Shown in pieces: positions 47,915 through 58,961 of a stretch of DNA of 64,000 nucleotides. Both the position numbers and the translations under genes were made by a program. Origin of the DNA: a virus. Its lineage: Duplodnaviria > Caudoviricetes. How positions within the stretch are numbered: position 1 is the stretch's first letter; each line of letters starts with the position of its first letter. The stretch is taken from IMG/VR virus record IMGVR_UViG_3300034106_004043; one strand, 5' to 3'. Below the pieces are notes generated by a model. The model was not told the origin of the DNA. It was given only the letters and a program-made list of their open reading frames with translations, and searched no databases.

Positions 47915-49038
47915 TAACCATTATTCTTTGGTGGGTTTATATATTCATACCAATCTAATGTCAGTAAACTTTTACCTGAACCAATTACATCATATAAGTA
48001 ATTAACAAAATCAAAAGTGACTTCACGATAAAAATAATCGTTATTAATTCTAAATGGATTATTTGGATTAATACTAGTTTGTCTTCGGGTTGTAAAAGTT
48101 GTGTATTCACCAGTTTTTCCATTAAAGAACTTAACTCTCATATAAAGTTTATTAAGTTTTAAAATATCAAAATCTTTAAACCAATAAATAAAATATGACT
48201 CTTTTAATCCAATATGGTCTAATTCAAAAGTTGGTGCTAAAGATTGTACAACATCACTAATAGTTGTTGTAGTTGTAATATTTGTTTCATTTCCTGAACT
48301 GTCAATACATGTACACCCACTTATAAATGTAATAACTCCATTAAACGAAGAATATGTACCAGCAACTGAAGGAATTGTAAATGTACCTGAACTTGTATTA
48401 AAAACAATATTTGAATTATTTAGAACACACAATTGACCAGTAAAAAAATTACCCCCGCCATTTATATTTGTCTCTTTATTACAACAATCTGTATACCTAA
48501 TACTATTAACTTTTGATGATACTTGTATTAGTAATGTACTACAATTATAAGTTGTAGTTGTTGACGAGGTAACAACTTCAGTCGGTAAACTTAATGAACC
48601 GTTCAATATTAAAGTAAGATAATTTTTTTGTGTTCTAGCATCTTTACTGTCATATAGGTCAACCTTGAAAAAAGACTTTTGAACTGATTTTGTATTATTT
48701 TTAAGTTCGTCAGGTGTAAATGTATTTGCTAACTCATAACTATTATACCAAGTCGGTGTTAATACATTTGGTGTTAATGTATTTTGCGTATAATCAGCAA
48801 AATAAAATTTATAAGTTACTGAAGTATTAAGCTCATTATTACTATCTAAGGTAGGTTTTCTTGAGAACCTCGCCATCTCAAAGTTTTGTGGAACCCCAAC
48901 CATTTCTTTAGCAACAATAGTTTCGTAGTCATCAATCAAATCACCACGATTAGCATAGTCCCAAGTAGTCGGGATGTTAACCTGCAACTGAAAATTTTTA
49001 TTTGTATTTAAAATTTTATACTTATTCACATCCGTCAA
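47914..49038 (-). CDS. virion structural protein (hypothetical)
   Basis: 374-aa ORF coupled to its neighbours; internal Cys-containing insert (YTDCC). Confidence 0.5.
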   Translation of the reverse strand: MTDVNKYKILNTNKNFQLQVNIPTTWDYANRGDLIDDYETIVAKEMVGVPQNFEMARFSRKPTLDSNNELNTSVTYKFYFADYTQNTLTPNVLTPTWYNSYELANTFTPDELKNNTKSVQKSFFKVDLYDSKDARTQKNYLTLILNGSLSLPTEVVTSSTTTTYNCSTLLIQVSSKVNSIRYTDCCNKETNINGGGNFFTGQLCVLNNSNIVFNTSSGTFTIPSVAGTYSSFNGVITFISGCTCIDSSGNETNITTTTTISDVVQSLAPTFELDHIGLKESYFIYWFKDFDILKLNKLYMRVKFFNGKTGEYTTFTTRRQTSINPNNPFRINNDYFYREVTFDFVNYLYDVIGSGKSLLTLDWYEYINPPKNNG

Positions 49039-50869
49039 TTATTGGGTCGTTAACTGAACTACTAGTGTTAAACACATTAGTACCTTCAGGTATTATTTTA
49101 AAAAAGAAATTATCATATAAATAATGTCTACCATTCATAAATGGATAATCAACACCAATATCAGTTTCATCAATAAAACCATACGGGTATAAATCTCTCC
49201 ACCTAAAATCATTATTATATACTGAGTAATATGCGTAATTTGGGAAATTTTCAATTCTATAATTTTGTGGATTATCTTCATCACTCTGTTCAACATATGG
49301 TGAATATTCTTTAATAGTTAAACTATGATGAGGCTTATAATAATATCCGAGTGGGTTTTGAATATCAGGGCCAATAGAAAAATTATCAGGATTAAAAGTA
49401 AACTTATGATAATAATCAGATATTACCCTCTCTCTTTGGTCAAAATCATTCCATTCACAATAGTCACCGTAAATTGTATCACCTGTATTTAAATTTCCAT
49501 TATAATAAAAGTTTCTTTGTGAAACTAATGGTGTTGCGTTTTGTGCGTAGTTATCAAATGTTCCAGTATTATTCCAAAAGTTAGTTGTAACATTTGTTAA
49601 TGAAAATTGACTTGACCACCAGTTATTTAATTGTGGACCTAAATTAAAATCCCAACCTTGTCTTAAAGAAACATTACTTGAATCGTTAGGTTTGTTAAAC
49701 CAACCAAAAAAACCTCTGTTAATAACTGTAACAAATATTTCTGAAATAGGTCTTCTCTGATTATCAATCATTCCTTTTATATCAAGGTATTCTTGGAAAG
49801 AAACATTATAAGATAAACTATCTTCTTTAACCGAAACTCTACCTTGATTATTTAAATATGGTGGTTGTAATGATTTGGATTCAAACTTTTTATTGGTTCT
49901 TAAAGCGTTATTTTCAAACCCTGAGTTATTAATTATCGCTTGTCGATATGGTGTTAATATCTTGTGTAATCTTACATAATACTTTGAGGTTGTTTCCTCA
50001 ATATTGTTAATATCTAACACTCTTTTAAATGTACCTTGTACATCATTTGTAAAAACACTACACAAATACCCAACATCATATACATCAAAAATTGTAAGTT
50101 CAGAGTCGACAAAACCATTACCTAAATTATAAACTTCAAACGCTTGTATGTTATTACAATTACCTCCTGTTTGGAAACTTAACGAAACATATTCACCCGG
50201 GGTTAATCCGTGTGGACATGGACATACAAATCTCAACATAGGTTTCCCATCACCATCATTTGTTTTATTCATTATAAATGGTATACCATCACCAGCAGTC
50301 CAACTATTTGTTGTTGTTGTACCTGTTTGGTACTGCATCGTTGTTGCCGTTGTAGAACTAAAAGCGTACGTTAAATGAAAATACCAATTATAAAATGTAG
50401 TTTCACTTGCCTGAAATTTAATATGTTTGTTTGCTCCGATTGTCCAACCCGGTATTCCGTAATCAGTTCTAATAAATTTAAATTCATCGTACTGAGGATA
50501 TCCTCTCCAAGCAATTGGTTCGGTACAGTCATATCCAATCTGACTTTGTTTATCTTCTAAAGCCTTAGAATAATACAAATTATTATTAAATGGTGGATAT
50601 GGATAATTTTGGTTGTTAACCAACTTACCAGCAACACCTTCATAGGCATTTTCAAAAACCATATTAAATTTACAAGTAGGAACAAAAATTGTTGAAGCTT
50701 GTCTTTCAGTGTCAAATAATTGAGCTAAATTTAAATTTGTATTTCTTGAATATTCTTCAAGTTCTTTAATAGTATTTTCAATAGGGATTTGTAAACTGAT
50801 ATCTTCATCAGTTGCTCCTTTAAATCTTAAAGAACCTTTAATATATCGAGTATTACCTAAATCAGACAT
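49022..50869 (-). CDS. virion structural protein (hypothetical, baseplate cluster)
   Basis: 615-aa ORF overlapping both neighbours. Confidence 0.5.
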   Translation of the reverse strand: MSDLGNTRYIKGSLRFKGATDEDISLQIPIENTIKELEEYSRNTNLNLAQLFDTERQASTIFVPTCKFNMVFENAYEGVAGKLVNNQNYPYPPFNNNLYYSKALEDKQSQIGYDCTEPIAWRGYPQYDEFKFIRTDYGIPGWTIGANKHIKFQASETTFYNWYFHLTYAFSSTTATTMQYQTGTTTTNSWTAGDGIPFIMNKTNDGDGKPMLRFVCPCPHGLTPGEYVSLSFQTGGNCNNIQAFEVYNLGNGFVDSELTIFDVYDVGYLCSVFTNDVQGTFKRVLDINNIEETTSKYYVRLHKILTPYRQAIINNSGFENNALRTNKKFESKSLQPPYLNNQGRVSVKEDSLSYNVSFQEYLDIKGMIDNQRRPISEIFVTVINRGFFGWFNKPNDSSNVSLRQGWDFNLGPQLNNWWSSQFSLTNVTTNFWNNTGTFDNYAQNATPLVSQRNFYYNGNLNTGDTIYGDYCEWNDFDQRERVISDYYHKFTFNPDNFSIGPDIQNPLGYYYKPHHSLTIKEYSPYVEQSDEDNPQNYRIENFPNYAYYSVYNNDFRWRDLYPYGFIDETDIGVDYPFMNGRHYLYDNFFFKIIPEGTNVFNTSSSVNDPIIDGCE

Positions 50870-53800
50870 TTACTTCAGTATTAATATATTTTGTTATGAA
50901 CACATCCATTGCACTTGCACCTTTTTTCAACCCAAAATAGAAATAGAATGGTGCTCCAACCAAAAACGTTTGTTCAAAGTTTTGTGGTATTGACTCGGTT
51001 GGTACTCCGTTGTTATCAAAATTAATTTGAGTACCTCTGATGTAATAACCATCAGCTTGGTCATTTTGGAAATATTGTGACGCCGGATTTAATCTATCTA
51101 AACTTTGGTATTTGTAAGAGAAAAACGAATTGTCATTTGTGTAATAATTGTTTGACTGACTACCAAATATATTTTGAGGTGTCTGACTAAGATAATCCAA
51201 TGACCATTGATAAAATGGAACTTCCTGAGAATTAGTTGTAATATTAGTAAACCAACAATCAATTAATTGTTGATTATTTGTTAATGTTCCTCCGCTATTC
51301 CATATAGTTCTTCTTGGTGAGATATAATCTCTATCTTGGGTATTACCTGTAAGTAACAAACCAAATAGAGGAAAACCAATTGATGCACCACCACCAAGAG
51401 ATACAGTATTTTGACCAATGTATACCGAATCAGAACTATACGATTCAGGTGAAAATTCAGTTATACCAAATTGTGAATTTATAGCAATCATTTGTGAGTA
51501 ATCACCATCAACATATCCAGGTACGAAAGTCGCTCCGTTATTATTCCATCTTGAGTTTGAAAATAATGCCTTAACCGATGGGTCATTACTACCTTCATCC
51601 CCACTTTCAGTATTAGGTGTAATTTGTTCATTAAATGAAGTGTTAATTAATCTACTTAATATAAATAAATTTAATATATCACTAATTGCTTGGAATGATG
51701 TTGATTTAACTTTATCAACAATATACCCATCATAATCATCATTATACACTAACTCTTGTATAAAATCCGATTTTGGTCCTAAATCCAATAATGTTGTCGG
51801 TGAACCTAAAAATTTATCATTACCTGTACCAGTAGCATTTCCTCTATTATTCTTCTTACCAATAAAACTTCCTGTCTCAGGATTAGTTTGGTCAGGTGTT
51901 TGGAATGGACTACTTCTGTAGTAAAAATTACTTGTTTGGTCATGTAAATAAATTAAATCCGTACAATATAAACTTGATGGGTTATTATTTAAATCAAATA
52001 TTCTTTGGTTTTGGAATGGGTAAGCGTATAGTGTACCATTAACATATTGATTAGTAAAGTTATGTGACGTAATGTCAAAACATAATGCTAAATTCAAATT
52101 AATTCTTGTGAATAACTCAACAATATTTTTAATATCTTTACCTAAAGTAGTTATTGGTTTTGACACAAAATTATAACATCCATAACCCTTTAAAAAGTAT
52201 TTTTTAGAATCAGATGGGTCAATATAATCCTCAACACAATTAGGTAATATAATTGGTTGATTTTGAGAATTAAGACCATAACAAGGTAACGGAACGGCTT
52301 CACTACAATTACTTAAACTTTCAAGTACCGCAGCGTAACTTGGTGGTGTAAAAATTTGTGAATTTTCGTTATTTGTTTGAGGTGTAGTATCAATAGTAAT
52401 AACTTGTTCCGACGCTCCTTCATCACTAACTTTAAAAATAGCAAATTGACTATTTTGATGTAATAGGAAACTATTAATTCTAGCAGTTTGTATAGTTGTT
52501 GAGGTAGGTAACCTATCAGACCTAAATACAATATTTGAATCATTACTTAAAGAAGTAGTCATTCCTGTCGAATATTGTGTTGAGAAAAATTTTGGGTTAC
52601 CATTATATGGGGCCTGATAATTTGAGTCTTGAATGGCAGAACCTAAAGCGCCTGAACCATCAGTAAATTTTGGCATAGTATTAAAAACAGGCACATCCCA
52701 AAAAATTCCTGTTTCCCCATTAAATGAAAAATTACTTCTCATGAACGACGCTCCATCAACAACTTCATTACCTTGGTACCCTAAAACATTACGGTTAGAT
52801 GTACATCGATTATCAACTTGTTTAGTGTAAAATGAAAACGACCCAAGAGCATTTAAATATAGGGTATATATAGTTTGAGGATTTGTGAATATTTTTGTAA
52901 GTGAATTTACATGATAAGATGGGGGATTAAATGAATTTGGTGATGATGTGGTTACTGAAGGTTCGTTACATACATTTGAAGAATTAACTGTCAAAACCTC
53001 TCCGTTAGGAACAGTAATATCATTTAAAATATTTGTGCCAACATAATTAATTGTAGTGTCGGTGGGGTTAATAAAATCCCAAGGATTATTTATATTATTA
53101 CCATTATAAGTTAATCCGCCATTTAACGTATTAAACAAATTAGAGTCTACCGATGAATAATATGATGGTAATGTAGTATTTCCAGTAGTAATATAGTCAT
53201 TCTGAGTATAGGTAAAAGCATAACTTGGTTTAAATAAGTTTGAAGTATTATTTAATGTGTTATCATGTCTTTCTGAATAAATTGTTCCTGTAATAGGATA
53301 ATTCATTTTAAATTCTCCACTAATAACTAAACCACTATTATATGTAGGAAATCCAAATATTCGAGATAAATCAATCTGTTGAGGGATTCTAGGTGAATGA
53401 GCATCTATACCACGTTGTAATAAAACTATTTTATATTCATCATAATCAGTAATATAATTAGTTAAATAAATGTCTGTTGAATCATTACCATAAACTACGT
53501 TACTAGCGTTATTTCCACCTAATGTCCTAATCATTGGAATTTTAAGTACACTTTGACCGATTGACGGAGTAATTCTTTGGAGATATCTAACACCAAAACT
53601 TAATACGTCAGGATTTGGATTTGCTAATGATTCGTATTGTCCAATAGTCATTCCTGTGATAACTTGGAAGTATTCAACATCCGAAGCAAAAGAACTTGTT
53701 CCAGAAACAGATGTTGTTGAAGATAAAACAGGTACAATATATGTTGTGTTTAAATTAGACCCGTTATTTGACAGAAAATCAGGGTTAGCATAATTTACAT

Positions 53801-56537
53801 TTATTGATGCCGGAAAAATAGTTGTACCAGTTGTTACATTTTTATTTGCATCTCCACTTAACTCATCGTCTTGAAATGATAATAATTGACCTAATGTATA
53901 ATCAGGCGCTGATTTATCTAAGACTAAAACCATAATATTATCTAAGTGGTGAGCAGTAGGTGCCGGATTTTCAGTGGGAAACCATTTAACTTTTATTTGG
54001 TTCCAACCGAGTTCGAAACCATCACCAAAACCAGGAACGTTATTAAAATATTTTGATTTAGTATTAAATAAGTTATATAACTCAGAAGTCGGTAATACAG
54101 TTGTTGTATAAAATTCACCCGTAAGAGTTAATTCTCCTTCATCACTATTATAATACGTTTCTTGGATTGGGAATCTTTTTATATTAACATCTAAAGAACC
54201 TCCGAATACTTGAGCGTAATTATTTATTTGATTTGCAGCTATTCCATTATATGTCACAGTCGCTGTTGAATTAATTAAAAAAGATGTTTGAGGGTCACCA
54301 GGTGGTTGTGGGAACGAACCTAATGAACCATCCATTTCAGTGTCAATAGATGTTGATGAATTACACTTACATCGTTCACATCCATCATCGGTATATAAAA
54401 CTAATGGTAGAGTAAAATTTTTCAATTTATTTCCAATCTCTTTAATTTTATCTAATTGGGTCGTCAATAAAACCGCTAAACCTATATATATTGCTACGTA
54501 TATGGTGTACAAAATCGCAAGAGCAAGAATTCCCCAGTTAAATACTGTAACCGCACCAAGACCAACTCCCACAGTTACAACATTAGAGTAAAAAGAAATC
54601 GCCGCACTAGCGTCTTGAGCAGCTTGAACAGTCAAGTACGCAATTAAGAAAAGAAATAACAATGGTAAACCAGTTGTCATTAACCACGCAAGAACATGTA
54701 TAATAAATAAAATCGGTAGAGATAGAAACTTAAATACATTTAAGAAAAATGATATTACTAAATAAATAAAATCAAACCTATAGAAAGCGTCATTAGTTGG
54801 AAATGTGTTATAATCCCCCTGACAACTTGTATCAGTAATTTTTTTAACACCAACAGTATTCCAAGCAAATCGACTACCCTGATACCTATCAATAAACTGA
54901 GTTGTTGTATAAACTTTATTATACGACATATCATAAAATGTATCTCTACAATTAATTGCCTCATCAGGTACCGCATAATCATTCCAATCTAAACTGAAAG
55001 CATAAGAACCTTCCAACATAAACCTATCAAAAGGAATATTATAAAATGTGAAGAGATATTGAGCCGCAGGGTCTTCTCTATAAAATTGCAAAATATATGT
55101 TCCAGGTTCTCTAAATACTTGACTAAGATAAGGATTACCATTAGGGTCAGTAATTGTCAAATCTTTAACATTCTGAACTGTTTTAATTCTAATAATTTGT
55201 CCTTGGGTCACGGGGAGATTTAAAGTAACTAAATCACCATCAGGTAATGTAGTACTAGGGTCAGTAGCTTCAAATGTACCAAATGGGGTTAATATTGGGT
55301 CAGTAAATGGGTCTTCCCATCCTCTTTCTTTAATGTTTGGTATTAAAAAATACGCTCTTTTAGTTGGGTCACTTAAAGCAGGTGATTGAGACCACTTAAC
55401 TTTAAATCTATATTTACCTCTTGTAGGTACTCCCAATTTAGGGTCATTACTTATTTTTTTAACCCCATTCTCATCGGTATATACATAATCTAAGTTCATA
55501 GGTACTTCTAATACCCATACACCATTTTCGTCAATAACTTTACCATCATTATCTAATTGAGCTTGTTCTAAAATTGGTCTACCATCCTTATCATTGAAGA
55601 TTGTTTGTCTCAAAGCCACTATCTGACCCGGACCTGTGGTCATGGTACATAATTCACCAGCAGTCCTTTTAACTTTACATGCCGATTGTGTTTGATTTAA
55701 AAATTTAAAGTTTTTACCAACTTTTTGTGTGTCGTCAGTAGATATTATTGAACCCATAAAAACCGCAGTAGGTTCAAGTTTAACATTAGCTTCAGAAGTT
55801 AAATCAAAATCAACTCTTGCAATGTTATAATTACAAATCTCAAATTCACCAAAGAATGGTTCAATCTGAACAGTCTTTTGACTTGTTATAATTTGTGGTA
55901 ACTCAGCATAATTTGTTGATGTTTTAAATTTTGAACCATTAACAGTATCTTCAGTTGCCAATCCCATTCTTATCAAATCCTGAGGAGTTAATGAAAACTC
56001 ACCAATATCTGAAAGGTCAACTTGCATAAATAAAGTTTGTTGACCCACTGGAACTCCAAAAATCATGTAGTCACCCGACTCATTTGTTTTAACTGTAAAC
56101 TTGTAATATTTTTCATAAACCTGAATAAGTGGTTTATCTGTTAAAACATCTAAACGTTCAGGAAAAGTTCCTACAGGTACGTGACCTGAGTGCGACTGAG
56201 TGTAAGGTAAAAGATTATATCTATATCCATCCTCATTAATATCTGTAAAACTTGTGTAAGGATATAATGATGCAATATAGTCATTTTGTGTATCTATGTC
56301 CTCGATTGGAACAAATACTGAAACTCTCGCATTAGGAATACCAAAACCATTATTACAGAATATTCTACCACAAACAACACCATAATCCGAACAACTTCTA
56401 ATGTAGATGTCATCAGGACGAATAGCCAAAGACAAAATTTCTAAAGTATCAAAATTTTGTTCTAAAACTATAGGTATCTTAACAGGGATATTTTGATTAA
56501 TACCTAATTGGGTACGTATTCTATATGACTTCGGCAT
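50862..56537 (-). CDS. large baseplate/tail-tip protein with internal hydrophobic helices, 1891 aa
   Basis: N-terminal prealbumin/carboxypeptidase-regulatory-like fold (VVCGRIF...IPNARVSVF); hydrophobic segment at ~54455-54780; follows the baseplate wedge gene. Confidence 0.6.
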   Translation of the reverse strand: MPKSYRIRTQLGINQNIPVKIPIVLEQNFDTLEILSLAIRPDDIYIRSCSDYGVVCGRIFCNNGFGIPNARVSVFVPIEDIDTQNDYIASLYPYTSFTDINEDGYRYNLLPYTQSHSGHVPVGTFPERLDVLTDKPLIQVYEKYYKFTVKTNESGDYMIFGVPVGQQTLFMQVDLSDIGEFSLTPQDLIRMGLATEDTVNGSKFKTSTNYAELPQIITSQKTVQIEPFFGEFEICNYNIARVDFDLTSEANVKLEPTAVFMGSIISTDDTQKVGKNFKFLNQTQSACKVKRTAGELCTMTTGPGQIVALRQTIFNDKDGRPILEQAQLDNDGKVIDENGVWVLEVPMNLDYVYTDENGVKKISNDPKLGVPTRGKYRFKVKWSQSPALSDPTKRAYFLIPNIKERGWEDPFTDPILTPFGTFEATDPSTTLPDGDLVTLNLPVTQGQIIRIKTVQNVKDLTITDPNGNPYLSQVFREPGTYILQFYREDPAAQYLFTFYNIPFDRFMLEGSYAFSLDWNDYAVPDEAINCRDTFYDMSYNKVYTTTQFIDRYQGSRFAWNTVGVKKITDTSCQGDYNTFPTNDAFYRFDFIYLVISFFLNVFKFLSLPILFIIHVLAWLMTTGLPLLFLFLIAYLTVQAAQDASAAISFYSNVVTVGVGLGAVTVFNWGILALAILYTIYVAIYIGLAVLLTTQLDKIKEIGNKLKNFTLPLVLYTDDGCERCKCNSSTSIDTEMDGSLGSFPQPPGDPQTSFLINSTATVTYNGIAANQINNYAQVFGGSLDVNIKRFPIQETYYNSDEGELTLTGEFYTTTVLPTSELYNLFNTKSKYFNNVPGFGDGFELGWNQIKVKWFPTENPAPTAHHLDNIMVLVLDKSAPDYTLGQLLSFQDDELSGDANKNVTTGTTIFPASINVNYANPDFLSNNGSNLNTTYIVPVLSSTTSVSGTSSFASDVEYFQVITGMTIGQYESLANPNPDVLSFGVRYLQRITPSIGQSVLKIPMIRTLGGNNASNVVYGNDSTDIYLTNYITDYDEYKIVLLQRGIDAHSPRIPQQIDLSRIFGFPTYNSGLVISGEFKMNYPITGTIYSERHDNTLNNTSNLFKPSYAFTYTQNDYITTGNTTLPSYYSSVDSNLFNTLNGGLTYNGNNINNPWDFINPTDTTINYVGTNILNDITVPNGEVLTVNSSNVCNEPSVTTSSPNSFNPPSYHVNSLTKIFTNPQTIYTLYLNALGSFSFYTKQVDNRCTSNRNVLGYQGNEVVDGASFMRSNFSFNGETGIFWDVPVFNTMPKFTDGSGALGSAIQDSNYQAPYNGNPKFFSTQYSTGMTTSLSNDSNIVFRSDRLPTSTTIQTARINSFLLHQNSQFAIFKVSDEGASEQVITIDTTPQTNNENSQIFTPPSYAAVLESLSNCSEAVPLPCYGLNSQNQPIILPNCVEDYIDPSDSKKYFLKGYGCYNFVSKPITTLGKDIKNIVELFTRINLNLALCFDITSHNFTNQYVNGTLYAYPFQNQRIFDLNNNPSSLYCTDLIYLHDQTSNFYYRSSPFQTPDQTNPETGSFIGKKNNRGNATGTGNDKFLGSPTTLLDLGPKSDFIQELVYNDDYDGYIVDKVKSTSFQAISDILNLFILSRLINTSFNEQITPNTESGDEGSNDPSVKALFSNSRWNNNGATFVPGYVDGDYSQMIAINSQFGITEFSPESYSSDSVYIGQNTVSLGGGASIGFPLFGLLLTGNTQDRDYISPRRTIWNSGGTLTNNQQLIDCWFTNITTNSQEVPFYQWSLDYLSQTPQNIFGSQSNNYYTNDNSFFSYKYQSLDRLNPASQYFQNDQADGYYIRGTQINFDNNGVPTESIPQNFEQTFLVGAPFYFYFGLKKGASAMDVFITKYINTEVNV

Positions 56538-56549
56538 TTTACTTTTTTA

Positions 56550-56556
56550 ATAAATA
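56550..56556 (-). promoter_or_regulatory. TATTTAT putative late promoter
   Basis: 12 nt upstream of ATG 56537. Confidence 0.45.
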
Positions 56557-56597
56557 GTTTAGCTACTATTTTCAAAATAGTAAATTATGTTCGAAAG

Positions 56598-58436
56598 TTA
56601 AGAGAAATTAACAGTACCTAAATTTAAAGTACTCACAGTAATGTCCTTATTTGGGAATCTAATTTGATAAATTTGTGATGGTGTTGCAAATAATGTTTCA
56701 TTAATCAATCCAATTTGTTTTGTAGCACTATCACTATACGGTTGAGATGTTTGATTTGAGGAATATAAACCTCCAACTAAATTAAATACATTTAGCTCAC
56801 TAATAGATAAAACACCATTTAATGATTGTATTAATCTTTTTAATTCTGACATATAAACATTTTCACCCATGTTCCTGTTTAAAGGACTAAAAAAAGTATC
56901 CACAGTGTTAATTATATTTGTAACAACAGCTCCTTGATTTTGTGTTGAGTCTAATACTACACTAATATCAATTTTTAAATCAATAACCTCAGCACTTTCA
57001 ACTGAAATATAATCATTAATCATTCGATAATTTGAGAGATAATTTGACACATTTGTTTTTAAACTACTTGTTAAATTTGAATCTAATTTACCTTCGTCAT
57101 CAAACGTTAACATTTTAACTTTAATTTTATTATCCTCTTCAGTTATTGCAACTTTAGCCGGTGCTCCAAACTGAGACGGCATTTTTCTCAAAATTGAGTT
57201 ATAATCATTAATTGTTACCGCTCTATTTTGAGAAGAGAAATTAAATCCAATTAAATTTCTAACCTCTTCAATTGTTGGTACATTAGCACCTCCAACAGCT
57301 GCGGTAACATTGGTACAAGACATACTATTAATAACCGAACTATTAATTGATTGATTTGGCCCATTAACCGCAAAATTTATCGTACCAATTTGGTTGATAA
57401 CCCCTGTACCTAAATTAGTCCCCAATCCACCACCAATTCTATATTGAACAAATAATGTTGTATTTGGTGTGATTGTTGAACCTAAAGATAAATTGTTCGA
57501 GTATTTGGATAAATCTAAAGGTGTACCATTTCTAGCAAATTCTCTTAATAGTTCATCTGTTGACTGACTTCCCCCACCAAATGTCATTTTTAAAAATCCT
57601 TGAGGTGTGTATTCAGTTATAAATTTATCACTTGTTTGAAGATATCTGCCAACTTTTTTTCCAGCCGCACTTTGTGAACCTGTCGGGTCTTCTACAAATA
57701 TCCTATCTTGTGCTAAAGCGTCAACCTCATACCACCTATTATTTAATCCTAAAAATTCTTCAACAGACGGAACATTATTATAGTTTAGTCCATCTTTTAA
57801 TAAAACACTTGTAACACCTAAAACATTTTTTTCAGGTAAAAATAATTCTAAAAATGGTCTTGACTCAGAGGTAGTAATTGTTTTTCTAAATACTTTAGTA
57901 ATACCATTAACTACGGGTTCTCTTTTAGTAATTCTATAATTTATTGTTGTACCATTTGCGTTTTGAATTGGTGTTTTAGTTCTATTTCTAAAACCTTCAC
58001 TATTTGTTTCCTTTGAGAAATCTATATCATTTGCAGTTTCAAACACTTGTCCAGCTCCGTATACTTGTGAACCTCTTCTTAATATTCCACAATATTTAAT
58101 ATTTTCTTTATCTCCCTCAACAGGAACTACAATTGAAAAATCAACTAAAGCAACTGACGGTCTTTGTCCAGGTATTTTAAGTCCATATGTTCTCGCAATG
58201 TTATATATTGATGAACTCTGTTGAGCATATTGTAAAACAGTTTCTTGTATACCTCTATCAATATGATAATGTAAATTATCCGTAACTGCAGCATTAAGGT
58301 CTAAAAATACTGAGAAAACCGCTGCATCATTAACATTTTGAATTAACTCAGGATAGTAAGCTTTAACAAAATTTACTAACTCTTGTCTTATATTTTGAAA
58401 GTCCCTTGTTGTGTATGATATTTGTTTGTTTGCCAT
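56598..58436 (-). CDS. baseplate wedge subunit (T4 gp6 / baseplate J-like)
   Basis: YTTRDFQNIR, SIYNIARTYG, YRIGGG..TN, GGA..PTIEEVR and QNRAVTINDY motifs. Confidence 0.85.
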   Translation of the reverse strand: MANKQISYTTRDFQNIRQELVNFVKAYYPELIQNVNDAAVFSVFLDLNAAVTDNLHYHIDRGIQETVLQYAQQSSSIYNIARTYGLKIPGQRPSVALVDFSIVVPVEGDKENIKYCGILRRGSQVYGAGQVFETANDIDFSKETNSEGFRNRTKTPIQNANGTTINYRITKREPVVNGITKVFRKTITTSESRPFLELFLPEKNVLGVTSVLLKDGLNYNNVPSVEEFLGLNNRWYEVDALAQDRIFVEDPTGSQSAAGKKVGRYLQTSDKFITEYTPQGFLKMTFGGGSQSTDELLREFARNGTPLDLSKYSNNLSLGSTITPNTTLFVQYRIGGGLGTNLGTGVINQIGTINFAVNGPNQSINSSVINSMSCTNVTAAVGGANVPTIEEVRNLIGFNFSSQNRAVTINDYNSILRKMPSQFGAPAKVAITEEDNKIKVKMLTFDDEGKLDSNLTSSLKTNVSNYLSNYRMINDYISVESAEVIDLKIDISVVLDSTQNQGAVVTNIINTVDTFFSPLNRNMGENVYMSELKRLIQSLNGVLSISELNVFNLVGGLYSSNQTSQPYSDSATKQIGLINETLFATPSQIYQIRFPNKDITVSTLNLGTVNFS

Positions 58437-58437
58437 A

Positions 58438-58899
58438 TTATATATTAATTATTACAAAACTACTTGAGTTAAAGACATCATTTGTTATTTGATAATCAAT
58501 TCTTACTTTAGCAGTATATTCTTTAGTTGCTAATCCTGGTATTGTTAATTGTGTATTTACAACATTTCCTTCTGTTGTAACATATGGTCCGGCTTCTTCT
58601 GATGAAAGAGCGGTAACCCTTATTGATGTTATCAATAAGTTAGGTATATATGTCTCCACAGAATCTTTAATCTCCGATTCAATATCATTAAATGTTGGTC
58701 CATCTAATGGTTCAAAAATATATTCATACAATCTTGTACCAAAATCAGGTAAAAAATATCTACTACCTTTTCGAGTTAATAATAAATGTATTAAATTATT
58801 TTTAATCTCATCACTAGTAGTTTCAGATAAATTAAGATATTTTCCAGTTAAGGAATCACCAAAAGGAAAATTAATACCGTATGTTACACCATTACCCAT
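58438..58899 (-). CDS. gp25/GPW-like baseplate protein
   Basis: IKNNLIHLLLTRKGSRYFLPDFGTRLYEYIFEP gp25 signature. Confidence 0.9.
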   Translation of the reverse strand: MGNGVTYGINFPFGDSLTGKYLNLSETTSDEIKNNLIHLLLTRKGSRYFLPDFGTRLYEYIFEPLDGPTFNDIESEIKDSVETYIPNLLITSIRVTALSSEEAGPYVTTEGNVVNTQLTIPGLATKEYTAKVRIDYQITNDVFNSSSFVIINI

Positions 58900-58904
58900 A
58901 TTTC

Positions 58905-58911
58905 ATAAATA
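58905..58911 (-). promoter_or_regulatory. TATTTAT putative late promoter at the start of the structural block
   Basis: 5 nt upstream of ATG 58899, just downstream of the nrdA terminator. Confidence 0.5.
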
Positions 58912-58921
58912 GTATGAAATT

Positions 58922-58945
58922 AAAAATCCCGACCTAGCTCGGGAT
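58922..58945 (-). terminator. intrinsic terminator after nrdA
   Basis: Minus strand ATCCCGA-GCTAGG-TCGGGAT-TTTT: 7-bp stem plus U tract. Confidence 0.7.
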
Positions 58946-58961
58946 AACACATCGGATTTTT

